Position numbers and translations under genes: made by a program. From the NCBI GenBank assembly GCA_048498735.1, contig JBEHXK010000005.1, positions 69,130 through 133,129 of the forward strand: a DNA stretch of 64,000 bases, written 5' to 3'. This stretch comes from Pseudomonadota bacterium (GTDB lineage: Bacteria > Pseudomonadota > Alphaproteobacteria > Rickettsiales > UBA8987). This document shows, one piece after another, positions 62,610 through 64,000 of the stretch; positions within the stretch are counted from its first letter, which is position 1; each line of letters opens with the position of its first letter. Below the pieces are notes generated by a model. It was not told the DNA's origin and made no database searches. It saw nothing but the letters and a program-made list of their open reading frames with translations.

Positions 62610-64000
62610 ATGAGGCAATTTTTTTCGATCATAATTTTATCTGCACTCATTTTTCTAATGGGCGGTGACGCCAATGCGCGTATTTTTTCTCCGAAAGGAA
62701 CAGAATATATCGATGAAAATTCTAATATAGATGCAACAAACATGACCTATAGCGCAACCTGGGACTCGGGTTATGATATACAGCACCCATTGCGCATAGG
62801 AATCCCTGTATGCCTTTATGATAGGACGAAGACGCCACCGAGGCTTATTGTTAACCAGTTCATGCTATTTGGAAACCAGAAGGTTCTTTTTGGTATAAAA
62901 GACGGCAATCAGTGCCCGCTACCGGGCAGCAAGTTATTGAGCGGATATTCAGGAAGTTATACTGTAGGCATTCTTGGTGATTTCCTGGTCAGTGGTGCCG
63001 TGTGCGTTGTGAACAGCGTGATGTTCGATTCCATGTTCCGGCTTTATTGCACTATAGTACTTTGGTTCTACAGCATACTTTATGCGATGATAATCATTTA
63101 CATAATGTTCTATGGCATATCGATCATGCTTGGCATTGGTCGTGACCCTATAAAAGAAGCGCCGAAAAGAATCGTCAAGATCCTGATAATCTTTACTCTG
63201 GCTACAAATTCTCAAATGGGTTTCCGCTACATACATCAGTTTTTTCTCGCGGTTCTGAACCATTTCGATGATTTCATGAGCATATCCCAGCCTTTGTATA
63301 CCGCAGATGGTCAGCCGGCATATAAAACTTTTGGTGATCTGGATGATTTCTTAAGTTATTTTAGCGGCCTTAACCTGACATCCGTATATAAGAACGATAA
63401 GCTGCTTGATGAAAGCGGGCATATATGGAAGCCATTGCCGTTAGGAACGGTATATTATGATATGGCAGATCTTGATGCTGACGGCAATCCATCCAGGAAA
63501 ACCATAAACCGTGTCCCAGATGGTTATACAACGCTTGAACCAGATAAAGTAAATACATATACCCCATTCCGAATTCCGAATATGCAATGGACCTATGTTG
63601 AGGATCCGAAAGATAGTGGGCAGTATAAGATATTGCCGGTCTTTGAAGAGGTTTATGCAAAAGACCATGTGGATTTTACACAATTCGCACAGCCGACCAC
63701 TGTTTGTATAACAGATATGATATGGAATCCTGAAGCGCTTAATAAAGATGGAACGCCGGTAATGACACAGGTGGGTGGTAAAAGCATGCCCGGAAGGCTG
63801 GAAAAATTACCTAGATGCCAGAAAAATCTATGGAGATCCATTCCAAATGTTACACCATATGGCGAATATTGCCTATATGAGATAACTGATTCGGGCTTTT
63901 TAGTTCCGCCACAGACTCAAAGCAAGGGGTGCTATTCGAATACTCCAAATATTTATCCAACAAGACTTGCTGATGTTTCATATACTGATCAGCCCTCAGG
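62610..64000 (+). CDS. VirB6/TrbL-like polytopic membrane protein, 5' part (ORF open to the window end)
   Basis: Absent from the ORF track because it has no stop in the window. The ATG at 62610 lies 4 nt after the virB4 stop. Translation begins MRQFFSIIILSALIFLMGGDANA (signal peptide). TM segments follow (YTVGILGDFLVSGAVCVVNSVMF, LYCTIVLWFYSILYAMIIIYIMFYGISIMLGIG, IVKILIIFTLATN), then a long hydrophilic loop. Position and topology fit VirB6. Confidence 0.55.
   Translation, partial: MRQFFSIIILSALIFLMGGDANARIFSPKGTEYIDENSNIDATNMTYSATWDSGYDIQHPLRIGIPVCLYDRTKTPPRLIVNQFMLFGNQKVLFGIKDGNQCPLPGSKLLSGYSGSYTVGILGDFLVSGAVCVVNSVMFDSMFRLYCTIVLWFYSILYAMIIIYIMFYGISIMLGIGRDPIKEAPKRIVKILIIFTLATNSQMGFRYIHQFFLAVLNHFDDFMSISQPLYTADGQPAYKTFGDLDDFLSYFSGLNLTSVYKNDKLLDESGHIWKPLPLGTVYYDMADLDADGNPSRKTINRVPDGYTTLEPDKVNTYTPFRIPNMQWTYVEDPKDSGQYKILPVFEEVYAKDHVDFTQFAQPTTVCITDMIWNPEALNKDGTPVMTQVGGKSMPGRLEKLPRCQKNLWRSIPNVTPYGEYCLYEITDSGFLVPPQTQSKGCYSNTPNIYPTRLADVSYTDQPS

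Noticed and set aside
62949-63841. Four minus-strand ORFs (62-104 aa)
   Set aside because: All are antisense to the long open VirB6-like frame that the track could not list because it has no stop in the window.
1-64000. CRISPR arrays, IS elements, prophage genes, rRNA, riboswitches (checked upstream of queE, queA, leuS and the aro genes)
   Set aside because: I noticed no regularly spaced direct repeats, transposase-like ORFs or recognisable riboswitch cores. Absence judged by eye is not proof.

Overview
This is a 64-kb, densely packed chromosomal window from an AT-rich alphaproteobacterium. Gene content suggests an intracellular Rickettsiales/Holosporales-like lineage: a divK-pleD operon, an ELM1-family gene, NDUFA12-like and NDUFS6-like zinc-finger genes, and a VirB4/VirB6 pair with a degenerate VirB4. 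That placement is inference only. About 60 protein genes are supported, mostly on the minus strand and mostly housekeeping. They include asmA-like, pleD, divK, recG, queE, xerD, aroK-aroB, queA, murC, fabG, the cdsA-dxr-rseP-bamA-skp envelope cluster, lpxL-like, gyrA, the leuS-lptE-holA cluster, a porin, gatB, aroQ, a DsbA-like gene, an M48/TPR protease, xerC, an L,D-transpeptidase, holB, mlaD, corC, gap and tkt. There are two tRNAs, Lys-UUU (+) and Gln-UUG (-). No rRNA, CRISPR array, IS element or integrase was seen. The tRNAs bracket a 5.7-kb accessory segment. It holds a translationally coupled pair (a VbhA-like 81-aa ORF and an 804-aa protein whose Fic core keeps its framework but has lost the catalytic GNG loop) and a DUF1501/DUF1800 pair. 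Other notable items: a CheD-fold (Thr/Cys/His) orphan inserted antisense between gap and tkt; a VirB4 paralog with Walker A, Walker B and the TQS motif all degenerate, followed by a VirB6-like ORF that runs off the window and is absent from the ORF track; a 238-bp AT-rich spacer with a cluster of DnaA-box matches (candidate oriC); a CHASE8-like histidine kinase paired with a REC-GHKL (RsbW-like) regulator; a polytopic membrane protein ending in a pseudopilin-like domain; a short palindromic repeat element; and two sub-threshold small ORFs missing from the track. All family assignments rest on motifs read by eye and recalled family consensus. No database search was run.
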